Both the position numbers and the translations under genes were made by a program. The notes below the pieces were generated by a model. That model saw only the letters and a program-made list of their open reading frames with translations, searched no databases and was not told the DNA's origin. This document shows positions 14,287 to 22,684 of a stretch of DNA of 24,000 bases, one piece after another. The stretch comes from Promethearchaeota archaeon. Its GTDB lineage: Archaea > Asgardarchaeota > Lokiarchaeia > Sigyniarchaeales > SOKP01. Every line of letters begins with the position of its first letter. The first letter of the stretch is position 1. The stretch lies in the NCBI GenBank assembly GCA_018238625.1, contig JABCSY010000043.1, positions 1 through 24,000 of the forward strand, given 5' to 3'.

Positions 14287-15294
14287 ATGAATCCAGAATT
14301 AATAACGATTGGTAGTTGTACTCTTGATTGTATGCTACAAGTTAAAGATATTCTTAGATTTGAATTGTTTGATAAAGAAATTGTTAAAAAATACACTGCA
14401 ATTGAATACAGTCGCAAACTGAATGTCGATGGCGTTCTATTTGTTCCTGGGGGGTCTGCTGCCAATATTGCGTCAAATTGCGCGATGTTGGGGTTAAAAA
14501 GCGCTTATCTTGGCGTATTAGGGAACGACTTTTCAGCAAGTATTTGTTTAGATGATATGAAAAAAAGAGGTGTAGATCTTTCAAGTATCATTCAAACTGA
14601 TGAGGATTGTACGGCGTTTTCAGTAATTTTAAAAACTGAATGGGGAAAAGACAGAAGTATTCTTGCTTATAAAGGTGCAAATAACATGTTAAAACCAGAG
14701 GATGTAAAAGAAGATATATTTCAAGATATCAAAGCTTTTGCTTGGACATCGTTAACTACCGAAAGTGGTTGTAGAGCAATTGAGAAAGCACTAACGCTCA
14801 CTTTAGAAAACGGTGGTAAAGTATTTGCCGCACCCAGCATGTCAATTATTAAAAACAACCCAAAATGGGCAAGAATTCTTATTTCAAACTCAAATGTCGT
14901 TTCATTAAATAAAGAAGAGGCTCAAGAGTTTACAAACGAGACAGATATAGTTCACATGATTCATAACTTTTTAGATCTTGGAATAAAATTAATTTCAATT
15001 ACCGATGGTCCCAATGGCTCAATTATATCTGATGGCAAACATATTGTGAACAGTTCAATTTACGAGGGTCCGGTCGAAGACACCACAGGAGCAGGAGACG
15101 CTTTTCTAAGTGGACTACTAATATCCCAACTAAACGAGTTTAGTTTAGAGAAATCGTCTAAGATGGCAACAGCAATGTCTTACTTAGAAAGCAAAGAGGT
15201 CGGGGTTCGAGAGGGCTTACCTAATAGTTTACGTGAGTTAGAAGCCTTTATAGATAATAATGAGATAAAACAAAAAGTTTCAAAGATAGTTTGA
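14287..15294 (+). CDS. PfkB-family carbohydrate/nucleoside kinase (ribokinase-like)
   Basis: GGSAANIA lies near the N-terminus and the C-terminal anion-hole motif is DTTGAGDAFLSG. The size is ~335 aa. I prefer ATG 14287 (MNPELITIG) to GTG 14278. Confidence 0.8.
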   Translation: MNPELITIGSCTLDCMLQVKDILRFELFDKEIVKKYTAIEYSRKLNVDGVLFVPGGSAANIASNCAMLGLKSAYLGVLGNDFSASICLDDMKKRGVDLSSIIQTDEDCTAFSVILKTEWGKDRSILAYKGANNMLKPEDVKEDIFQDIKAFAWTSLTTESGCRAIEKALTLTLENGGKVFAAPSMSIIKNNPKWARILISNSNVVSLNKEEAQEFTNETDIVHMIHNFLDLGIKLISITDGPNGSIISDGKHIVNSSIYEGPVEDTTGAGDAFLSGLLISQLNEFSLEKSSKMATAMSYLESKEVGVREGLPNSLRELEAFIDNNEIKQKVSKIV

Positions 15295-15381
15295 TTGAAA
15301 AGATAAAAAGATACAAATAAACCTGCTGAAATCAGATCTATTGGAAGATGGTACGGGCAATTTTTAAAAGGGTACGCTGGA

Positions 15382-15636
15382 GTGTCAGTAATACTTTCCT
15401 ATATTGAATTTTTTAATTTATTTGTACCTCAACTTGCAAAAGATCTGTCGCTAACAATTTTCATCATGCTATTAATAGTGTTTATCCCGTTTCCATTAGT
15501 AATGATGATTCCTATAATTCCAGCTTTTATAATTTCGGATCGGCTAAAAGGGCACAGAATAAGATATATAAGGAAAAAAGCAAGCAAATTGGGTATTACA
15601 TCTAAAGCAGAAGTGAATTTTGAATTAAAAAATTAA
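15382..15636 (+). CDS. Small two-TM hypothetical membrane protein
   Basis: 84-aa ORF with a GTG start, two hydrophobic segments and a basic tail. No homology recognised. Confidence 0.3.
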   Translation: MSVILSYIEFFNLFVPQLAKDLSLTIFIMLLIVFIPFPLVMMIPIIPAFIISDRLKGHRIRYIRKKASKLGITSKAEVNFELKN

Positions 15637-15727
15637 ACATTCCCTTCTTTATATTAACTCATATTAAAGCAATAAATTTTAATTTCTTAATATATTTTTT
15701 ATATCGTTAAACAACTTATACTAAAAA

Positions 15728-15859
15728 GCGCTGCTAGTATAGTTCGGATGATTCTTATTCACCGAGTATAATGGTCAGTATGCCAGGTTGCCATGAAAGT
15801 TTTAATCTAAAGATTTTCGCAATGACTTGGCGACCCGGGTTCGATTCCCGGGCGGCGCA
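15728..15859 (+). tRNA. tRNA-Gly (anticodon GCC) with two introns and no encoded CCA
   Basis: Hand-folded. The acceptor stem is gcgctgc (15728-15734) paired with gcggcgc (15852-15858), with one G-U pair, and the discriminator is A15859. The D-stem is gtat/gtat around the loop aatggtca (15770-15777). The anticodon stem is ccagg (15783-15787) / cttgg (15826-15830), and the anticodon loop reads tt-GCC-a. The T-arm is ccggg-ttcgatt-cccgg (15835-15851). A 29-nt insert in the D-arm (about 15741-15769) has a boundary that is ambiguous within the agtata duplication. A 31-nt intron at the canonical 37/38 position (15794-15824) has a gcaa that can pair with the ttgc of the anticodon loop. The spliced length is 72 nt. 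Confidence 0.8.
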
Positions 15860-15901
15860 TAATTTTCTTTAATAATATTACATTTGAAATCCAGGAAAGT
15901 A

Positions 15902-16720
15902 CTAATCTAAAATAACCGATAGGTCGTGATCGAAATAGCTAGTTAGTATAATTAACAATAATTCAAGATAATTTCCTGATAAATTAATATTCCATCTTTT
16001 ATTTAACTGTTTAAGAAGTTCCTTCTTCCGTAATTTTTTAGGTTTTTTATATTTATCGAGAAGATCAATCAAATCTCTTGAATATTCGTGAAGATTTAAA
16101 AGTTCATTTTTTAATACAAATTTACTCGTCTCTAAATTGTAAGTGTCGAAAAAATTTTGAACGATAGCTCGTTCAATACCCATTTTTTTCGGATTAATAA
16201 TATTAGTATCGTCCTTGACTATTTGATTAGCTTGAAGAACTATGTGTTCCTCGTATAGTATTTTGTCCTTTTTATAATCTTCTGCTGAAATTATCGCTAT
16301 CTCATTTTTAAAAGAATTTGAAGTTATATATTTGAGAAAGTTTTTAATTTGTTTATTAATGAAAGGATCGCTAGAGAGAATCACTATTTTTTTACCAGTA
16401 ACGATTGCTCTAATCGTGTTTATTAATAGAGAAGGAAGTAAATTTATTTTAATTAAAGATATATTAAATTCTTCTATTTCAGTAGGTACCGTTTCAATTT
16501 TTTTATTTGGTAAAGCTTCAGGAAGCGCTATCTGGAAATCAGCAATATAACAATCTCTAATAGAAAAATTTTTATCTACATACGCAATAAACGAATGTGA
16601 ACAGAAAGTCTTATCAATATTAATAGCAAATAATCCCTTCGCTGCCTTTTTAACATCTTCCTCGGAGATTTCAAGCTCTCCTCTTTTTGAACAAGCGGGG
16701 CAACGAACTTCAATTTTCAT
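15902..16720 (-). CDS. Uncharacterised Zn-knuckle + alpha/beta-core protein, paralogue A (hypothesis: folliculin-like longin + DENN-like architecture)
   Basis: 272 aa. The N-terminal domain contains CPAC...CSH. The central part is IRAIVTGKKIVILSSD, then a helix, then EIAIISAEDY. A helical tail follows. It is clearly paralogous to 19579-20424. Confidence 0.6.
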   Translation of the reverse strand: MKIEVRCPACSKRGELEISEEDVKKAAKGLFAINIDKTFCSHSFIAYVDKNFSIRDCYIADFQIALPEALPNKKIETVPTEIEEFNISLIKINLLPSLLINTIRAIVTGKKIVILSSDPFINKQIKNFLKYITSNSFKNEIAIISAEDYKKDKILYEEHIVLQANQIVKDDTNIINPKKMGIERAIVQNFFDTYNLETSKFVLKNELLNLHEYSRDLIDLLDKYKKPKKLRKKELLKQLNKRWNINLSGNYLELLLIILTSYFDHDLSVILD

Positions 16721-16732
16721 AAATTCTTATTA

Positions 16733-16791
16733 AATTATTCAACTTACCGAAGTATTAGTATAACTCGAATTATCAATAAAGTTGAATTATT
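16733..16791. repeat. Imperfect inverted repeat (13-bp arms, 1 mismatch, 33-bp spacer) upstream of paralogue A
   Basis: aattattcaactt (16733-16745) pairs with aagttgaattatt (16779-16791). It lies between the methyltransferase stop (16858) and the paralogue A start (16720). Confidence 0.4.
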
Positions 16792-16857
16792 CTTTTTTAA
16801 GTAACTATTAACCATTTGAGTTTATTAAGATAGCTAAGAAAAATGTAATGCTTTTTT

Positions 16858-17466
16858 TCATTTTCTTATAATGTAGTCAATCATGCCTTGAGTAGAATCC
16901 CGCTCACTCAGATATTCCCTTCTGATTTGTTTATAGATAATTTTATAATCTTCAAAATATCTATCGCCTTCTTTATATTCGAAATAAGTGTGTGAAAATT
17001 GTTCTCCATTTTCTTCATCCATAAATGTACCCGAACTAATTTCTTTTCCAATTCCATAACTAGAATCGTCTATCGAAAGTAAATTCACATAAATTAATCC
17101 TTGCTTTTTAAGAACACGAAACATTTCATTGATAGCTTCTGCTATTTCTTCTTTATTCATATGAAAGATGGTATTGTAAGTGTATACAAATCCAAATGCT
17201 TCATTTTCATAAGGAAGTTTTCTCATGTCCCCCTTAGTAATGTTTAAGTTAAAGCCGTTCTTTTTAGCAAAATTTTCTGCATTTTGAATCCGCTCTTCTG
17301 AAATTTCGATTCCATAAGTTTCAAATCCATGGATTGCAAAAAGTGCGAGTTTAGGAAAGTTACCCCCCGCCCCACAATCTAGTATAGTCTGTTCAACTTG
17401 AGCATCATGTGTGTAATCTAGAAAATTATATAAAGGTGCTGGAAAAATCTTTTGAGTCATTTTCAT
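16858..17466 (-). CDS. Class I SAM-dependent methyltransferase (Methyltransf_11/25-like)
   Basis: Motif I is ILDCGAGGN. It is followed by YGIEISE, an acidic post-I residue, and FGFVYTYNTIFHM / LKKQGLIYVNL. The substrate is unknown. Confidence 0.75.
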   Translation of the reverse strand: MKMTQKIFPAPLYNFLDYTHDAQVEQTILDCGAGGNFPKLALFAIHGFETYGIEISEERIQNAENFAKKNGFNLNITKGDMRKLPYENEAFGFVYTYNTIFHMNKEEIAEAINEMFRVLKKQGLIYVNLLSIDDSSYGIGKEISSGTFMDEENGEQFSHTYFEYKEGDRYFEDYKIIYKQIRREYLSERDSTQGMIDYIIRK

Positions 17467-17587
17467 ATCACTAATTCTTACTGTACTTAAATTAATTTGA
17501 ATTTCTTATTAAAATATTGTATAAAAGTCATAATTATCTTCGTGAAAGGGCTGTTTCACGATCTGTTTTTAAAAATAAAAAAAAAAG

Positions 17588-19315
17588 TTAAAATTTTGAT
17601 TCTCTATAAAATATCCGTATTGGTTCTTTCAAACCATAATGAAGCGTTAAAAAGCCCATGGCTATTGCAAAGATTGCTAAACTTGGCCAAAAAGAAGCCC
17701 ATGGGGCATTGTATAAATAGTTTCTTGCCTCACTGACATTAGTTCCTAATTGTACTAGCACTAAAGGATCGGAAAATCCAAGGAAACCTATTGCTTCGAA
17801 TAACAAAATATTGAACGCCATGAATAACGGGAAATATACAATTAACTTCTTTACGGTTAATTTTAAGCTGTAATTTCCCCTACTGATTATTAAAGTGACC
17901 CAAGGTATCATATACAGGGACATAATGTTCATTATGACTGAGATATTTCCTCCTCCCAAAATACTAAATGACATTATTATCAAAACTATGCTGGGTATTA
18001 TGAAAAGGATTACCATGAATCCCAATACCAATCCTTTTACCCACCTATGAACTTTGGATAAATAACCAAATAATATTCCTATCGCAATTCCTATGAGAAC
18101 AGGCAAGATACAAACTCTCATCGATGTTGATACACCATATGCCAATAATGCAAGTACATCGCGTCCAAATCTAGCTTGTCCTAAGGGATGATTAGCCGAT
18201 GGCGGATCCCAAGCACCCGCATAAATGCCAGTTGCTTCTTCTATAGTAAATGGAGTTAATATCTGTGGAAATATAGCTATTATTGTTGTGAATACCACCA
18301 CAGCTATTCCTATTATTGTTAATGGCGTTTTTAGCCGATAAAATATAAAATCTTTAAATTTTTGGTCTGAATCGACACTATATTGAGTACCTTCTTCAAT
18401 CATTCGCTCGGATTTCCCTAAATACTTAGTAAAAATTGGTGATTGGCTTTCCTCTGAGAAAAAAGCGTAAATTGTGTATCCTATATTCGATAGGAATAGA
18501 ATAATTGCGGGAAGTACGACTAGGATAAATACGTATGCTCTGCATAACCAATAATCCATAAGATTAATTGCAGTAATGAAAAGTCCAAAAAAACCATGTA
18601 TTCCGAATGTAACTTCGAGAATGAAAATACTTGCAATTAAAACGCTTAAATTCATAATTATCTGCAAGCTATTGGATAAAATATGTTTTTCCTCTGATTT
18701 CCTCAAATAATTAGAACGAACTTGTCTTGTCGTGAGAAATAAAGTTAACAGAAATAACACACAAGACGGTAAAAATGAATCTCCCACCGGGGGAAAAAGT
18801 CCCAATTGATAACCTAAAACGTATTGGAACCACATCCCTAAAGAAAATATCGGTATCGAAATACCTAAAATAATAAGGATTTGAATAAATACTTTAACCA
18901 ATTTATATCTAACTCTAAATGATAATATCCCTAGTAAAATACCTACAATTAAACCTAAAACAATCGGTAATATTGTAAAACCTAAAGTTACTGGAATCCT
19001 CTCAGTTAAAAGTTCAACTACAGTGCTACCTTGCGAAATAGCAATGGAGATCCCTAGATTTCCTGAAAAGAGCTCAGAAAGATACCTAAAGAACTGGACA
19101 TCCAAAGGTTGATCAAAACCTAATGATATAAACGCTGCATCATGTGCTGCTTGCGAAAACGGAATACCTTGAGCTTGTAGATATGCAAGAACTATATCAC
19201 CAGGCAGTAACCGAAGTAACTGAAAAAATTGAAAGCTCAGAACCAATCCGAAAAATAGTGGCACGATAGGGAGTAGAATAGTATAGAGTATGTTTCTAAT
19301 AACATCTTTTAACAT
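17588..19315 (-). CDS. Fused ABC-transporter permease (OppB/DppB-like N-half + OppC/DppC-like C-half)
   Basis: The N-half starts MLKDVIRNILYTILL...LLRLLPGDIV, a typical DppB N-terminus. The C-half has HPLGQARFGRDVLALLAYGVSTSMRV...GILFGYLS, the typical DppC signature. I prefer ATG 19315 over the track start 19471. Confidence 0.75.
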   Translation of the reverse strand: MLKDVIRNILYTILLPIVPLFFGLVLSFQFFQLLRLLPGDIVLAYLQAQGIPFSQAAHDAAFISLGFDQPLDVQFFRYLSELFSGNLGISIAISQGSTVVELLTERIPVTLGFTILPIVLGLIVGILLGILSFRVRYKLVKVFIQILIILGISIPIFSLGMWFQYVLGYQLGLFPPVGDSFLPSCVLFLLTLFLTTRQVRSNYLRKSEEKHILSNSLQIIMNLSVLIASIFILEVTFGIHGFFGLFITAINLMDYWLCRAYVFILVVLPAIILFLSNIGYTIYAFFSEESQSPIFTKYLGKSERMIEEGTQYSVDSDQKFKDFIFYRLKTPLTIIGIAVVVFTTIIAIFPQILTPFTIEEATGIYAGAWDPPSANHPLGQARFGRDVLALLAYGVSTSMRVCILPVLIGIAIGILFGYLSKVHRWVKGLVLGFMVILFIIPSIVLIIMSFSILGGGNISVIMNIMSLYMIPWVTLIISRGNYSLKLTVKKLIVYFPLFMAFNILLFEAIGFLGFSDPLVLVQLGTNVSEARNYLYNAPWASFWPSLAIFAIAMGFLTLHYGLKEPIRIFYRESKF

Positions 19316-19578
19316 TTTATTTTGCCTTTTTTTTAATAAATGAAGATAATATAATTCGTTAAGATACTGAAATATATAAATGTGATAGAACCAAATATTA
19401 TTCATATTTACTACAGGGTGACTTTTAATTCTAAAAGCGATGGAACCATTTAGTCTAGCACTTAAAGACAATTGGGGCGGAAATAAATTAGCAAAAGTAA
19501 TAATTCATCAAAATGATGAATTAGTTGCTGATTATTTAACAAAGATTTTCAAATAATTTAAAATATAAAAAATCTTAC

Positions 19579-20424
19579 TTACAAAGCTCCAAGAAAATTA
19601 GAAACATTTGAAGATTTAGGAACTTCAACATTGAAATAACTCTCAACGATTTCAAAAAGAAAATCGAGATATTTTAATTGGATTTTTACATTGTGAATGT
19701 TAGATAAATCTTCAATTATTTTTTTTGAATAAACCTTCTCTTTTTTTTTAAAATTTTTAACTATGTCTACTATCGTTTCAGATAATTGGTAAGCTTTTAG
19801 TAGTCCATTTTGTAGATATATTAAACTGGGTCTTGGCTCATATTCCTCAAAAAATTTCTGCACTAAGGCTCTTTCTATGCCTAATTTTTTTACATTGATG
19901 ATACCATCGTCGTCCTTTATAATGTCCTTACGGTTAAAAACAATAAAATCTTTATAACTTTCGCTATTATATTGATCTTCTGAAATGACAACAAGCTCAG
20001 TTTCAAAAGAATTTCTTGTTATATAGTCAAAAAACCTTTGAACATCATCAAACATAAATAGCTGGTCAAAAATTAAAACGATCTTTCTCTTATGTAATAT
20101 AGCTCTAATTACATAAGCGATTAAGGAAGCAGACAAATTAAGTTTGATTGAACTTACGTTAATTGAATCAAGTTGAGCGGAGTCTTTAGGTTCTATACTT
20201 TTTTCCGGAATTATCTCAGGAAGTTCTAATTGAAAATCTGCCATAAATGTGTCTCTTACCATGAAGTTCTTATCTATGTAAGCAACGAAAGAATGCTCGC
20301 AAATAATACCTTCCGCCAAATTTACTGCAAACACCCCTCTTTTAGCTTTTTCTATTTCCTCTTCAGAAACTTCAATAAAGCCTCTACTTGAACATGAGGG
20401 GCAACGAACTTCTATTTTCTTCAT
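19579..20424 (-). CDS. Uncharacterised Zn-knuckle + alpha/beta-core protein, paralogue B (hypothesis: folliculin-like longin + DENN-like architecture)
   Basis: 281 aa. It has CPSC...CEH, IRAILHKRKIVLIFD followed by a helix and ELVVISEDQY, and GIERALVQKFF. It is collinear with 15902-16720 over its full length. Confidence 0.6.
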   Translation of the reverse strand: MKKIEVRCPSCSSRGFIEVSEEEIEKAKRGVFAVNLAEGIICEHSFVAYIDKNFMVRDTFMADFQLELPEIIPEKSIEPKDSAQLDSINVSSIKLNLSASLIAYVIRAILHKRKIVLIFDQLFMFDDVQRFFDYITRNSFETELVVISEDQYNSESYKDFIVFNRKDIIKDDDGIINVKKLGIERALVQKFFEEYEPRPSLIYLQNGLLKAYQLSETIVDIVKNFKKKEKVYSKKIIEDLSNIHNVKIQLKYLDFLFEIVESYFNVEVPKSSNVSNFLGAL

Positions 20425-20578
20425 ATTTAAAAATCTTAATGATTGAAATATATTTTAAAAATTCCGATTAAATACGAACTGTAACTAATTTTTAATCATT
20501 TTAATATTTAAATATTAACTGAGTTAATAAAAATTTTTTGTTGATTTATATACAGTTGTGTTAATTCATTCAAATTTT

Positions 20579-21058
20579 TTAATGTCTAGAAATTTTTGCG
20601 TATTTTTTCTCAATAAAATTAGCTATTAGTAAGGAAACTAATGTGGCTAAATTCTCCGCTATTAAAAATGACATGATGTTGTTTAAGAAAATATAACATA
20701 TTCCATATGTACTAAAAAATAGAATAGTAAAAATAGGGAAAGTTATAGCTAAAGGTCTCACAATTGGAAAATACAAGAATTTTTGAATTTTCGAAGTTTT
20801 TTGTCGCGATTTACTAAATTGAGTTTTTAATTTTTTCGTTCTTTCGACTTGAGCAAACGATTCAAAAATAATAACTACTCCAAAAAATAAGGCTACTGTT
20901 GCTCCAATAGGGATTAGAATTACAACAAGATGATTACCTACGCCTAAAAAGTATTGAGCTACAAATATAAAAAATACCTGGAAAAGCCCACATGCACCGA
21001 ATAACATAAAAGCAATCGGTATATATTCCTTAGTTGACCAGCGAAATCTTATTGGCAT
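20579..21058 (-). CDS. Hypothetical 4-TM membrane protein
   Basis: 159 aa with two hydrophobic hairpins separated by a basic loop (KKLKTQFSKSRQKTSK). No motif recognised. Confidence 0.45.
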   Translation of the reverse strand: MPIRFRWSTKEYIPIAFMLFGACGLFQVFFIFVAQYFLGVGNHLVVILIPIGATVALFFGVVIIFESFAQVERTKKLKTQFSKSRQKTSKIQKFLYFPIVRPLAITFPIFTILFFSTYGICYIFLNNIMSFLIAENLATLVSLLIANFIEKKYAKISRH

Positions 21059-21083
21059 TTTAATCTAATTCTTTTCTGTAATT

Positions 21084-21158
21084 TGGTGGGCCAAGGGAGG
21101 ATTGAACTCCCGACCTTCCGCACGTCAAGCGGACGTCATACGACTAGACCATTGGCCC
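21084..21158 (-). tRNA. tRNA-Val (anticodon GAC), intron-less, with genomically encoded CCA
   Basis: The reverse complement reads GGGCCAA-TG-GTCT-AGTCGTA-TGAC-G-TCCGC-TTGACGT-GCGGA-AGGTC-GGGAG-TTCAATC-CTCCC-TTGGCCC-A-CCA. It forms a standard cloverleaf with a fully paired 7-bp acceptor stem. Confidence 0.85.
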
Positions 21159-21302
21159 ATGTTTAATTTATATATAAAAATATTAAACTTAGAGATAAGT
21201 ATTTTATATTATTAAAAAATAAATATTTTATTAAATTTGCTGATGCTTGGCATTTTTAATTTAATATTAGAGAATTCACTTCATGGCTTAAAATAAGTAA
21301 GC

Positions 21303-21319
21303 AAAAAAAATTAAAAAAA
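21303..21319 (-). terminator. Two oligo-T tracts (as read on the minus strand) just downstream of pgk
   Basis: Plus-strand A8 (21303-21310) and A7 (21313-21319) lie 4-20 nt beyond the pgk stop (21323-21325). Confidence 0.35.
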
Positions 21320-21322
21320 TTA

Positions 21323-22546
21323 TTATTTTAATGGTTTTTTTTCTCTTAGAGCTCTTACCATTGGTACGTCCTTTCCTGATAATATTTCTAACAACGCACC
21401 TCCACCCGTAGAAATAAATGAAACATCCTTTGCATATCCTGACATTTCTGCTGCAGTTCCCATTTCGCCGCCTCCAATTACGGCAAGCGCACCCCCTGTT
21501 TTAGCAGCTTCAGCCATTGCTTCGACCATATCAAAGGTTCCCTTTCTAAATACTTCTTTTTCAAATATTCCTGGTGGCCCGTTAGCGATGATAGTTTTAG
21601 CTTTAATGATTATACTTTTGAATTTTTCCGCAGTTTTAGGTCCAATATCACCAGTTACGGCGTTATATTTCTTTAATTCGTCGATATTAATTGCTTTTCT
21701 GTTGCCATTATCGTCAATTACCAAGTCTTTTGGTAAAATTATCTTATCTTTGAATTTTTCGTAAGTTTCTTTAATGTCCTCTTTTGCTTTGTCTAAATCT
21801 TTTGCTATTGCCGCCTTATTAGGTTCCCCAGTTTCGATTCCTATAGCTTCCATAATTAAGATTGCCGTTAAACCGGAGCAAAGTGCGTAATCAAGTTTTT
21901 CGTTCTCAAAATTAAATTTCATAGCCTTAAATTTATCTATTGCTTTCGCCCCTCCAATAAGCATGACCATAGGTTTTTCCGGGCTTTCTATTATTTTACT
22001 CATGTATTTAAATTCTTTAACTGTTGTAGGACCTGCAAGTAAAGTAGGCCATCCAATTATCGAGGGTTGTGCTCTATGGGCCGCACCAAACGCATCTGCG
22101 ATGAAATAATCGAATAATGGCGCAAGAGTTTGAATCATTTCTAATTCTTCAGCTTCGGAGAAATCTTTAAACTGTTTAGTTTCAAACTCCCAGGTTCGCA
22201 CATTATTAAGAACTAAAACTTCGCCTATTTTGAGATCTTTTATAGCATGAATCGCCTTTTCTCCAAAAACATCTTCTACATACTTTACAGGACGATCTAA
22301 TAGTTTCCGTATTTCTTCGGCATGCATTTCCAAAGAAGTAAAATCTTTAGCTCCTGGACGAGATTGGTGTGCCATAATTACCACAGCACTATCTTTTAAT
22401 TCTTCTAATGACGGAATTAAAGCGTGAATACGAGGTGATTCGCGAATTCTATTGTTTTCAATGTCGATATTAGAGTTGATATCGACTCTCATCAAAACTT
22501 TTTTTCCTTTTAAATCAACATCTTTATACGATTTATAATCAAACAT
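21323..22546 (-). CDS. pgk: Phosphoglycerate kinase (archaeal type)
   Basis: 407 aa. The N-terminus DLKGKKVLMRVDINS...RI...PSL, the motif AHQSRPG and the C-terminal ISTGGGALLE are PGK signatures. Confidence 0.9.
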   Translation of the reverse strand: MFDYKSYKDVDLKGKKVLMRVDINSNIDIENNRIRESPRIHALIPSLEELKDSAVVIMAHQSRPGAKDFTSLEMHAEEIRKLLDRPVKYVEDVFGEKAIHAIKDLKIGEVLVLNNVRTWEFETKQFKDFSEAEELEMIQTLAPLFDYFIADAFGAAHRAQPSIIGWPTLLAGPTTVKEFKYMSKIIESPEKPMVMLIGGAKAIDKFKAMKFNFENEKLDYALCSGLTAILIMEAIGIETGEPNKAAIAKDLDKAKEDIKETYEKFKDKIILPKDLVIDDNGNRKAINIDELKKYNAVTGDIGPKTAEKFKSIIIKAKTIIANGPPGIFEKEVFRKGTFDMVEAMAEAAKTGGALAVIGGGEMGTAAEMSGYAKDVSFISTGGGALLEILSGKDVPMVRALREKKPLK

Positions 22547-22684
22547 TTAGAACCACTTTTAATGGATATAATTATAGTATTGATTAATATCAAAAAAAGT
22601 TTGATTAGTTAATATTGTTTTTTAAAAACCTAAATTTTTGCTAAATTCTAAAATAATAGTAATAATGAGATTTGAGATAATTAT

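Noticed and set aside
14265-14584. Two 66-aa minus-strand ORFs overlapping the PfkB kinase 5' end
   Set aside because: They are antisense to a well-supported kinase gene and have no motifs.
16332-16550. 72-aa plus-strand ORF inside paralogue A, and likewise 23076-23321 inside the surface-protein gene
   Set aside because: They are antisense shadows. The paralogue relationship supports the minus-strand frames.
17497-17736. 79-aa plus-strand ORF overlapping the 3' end of the ABC permease
   Set aside because: It overlaps the permease C-terminus antisense. It is Lys/Ile-rich and lies mostly in an AT-rich spacer.
19316-19471. 52-codon N-terminal extension of the ABC permease given by the ORF track
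   Set aside because: The canonical DppB-type N-terminus (MLKDVIRN...) begins at ATG 19315. The extension is non-protein-like, and an open stretch of 52 codons can occur by chance.
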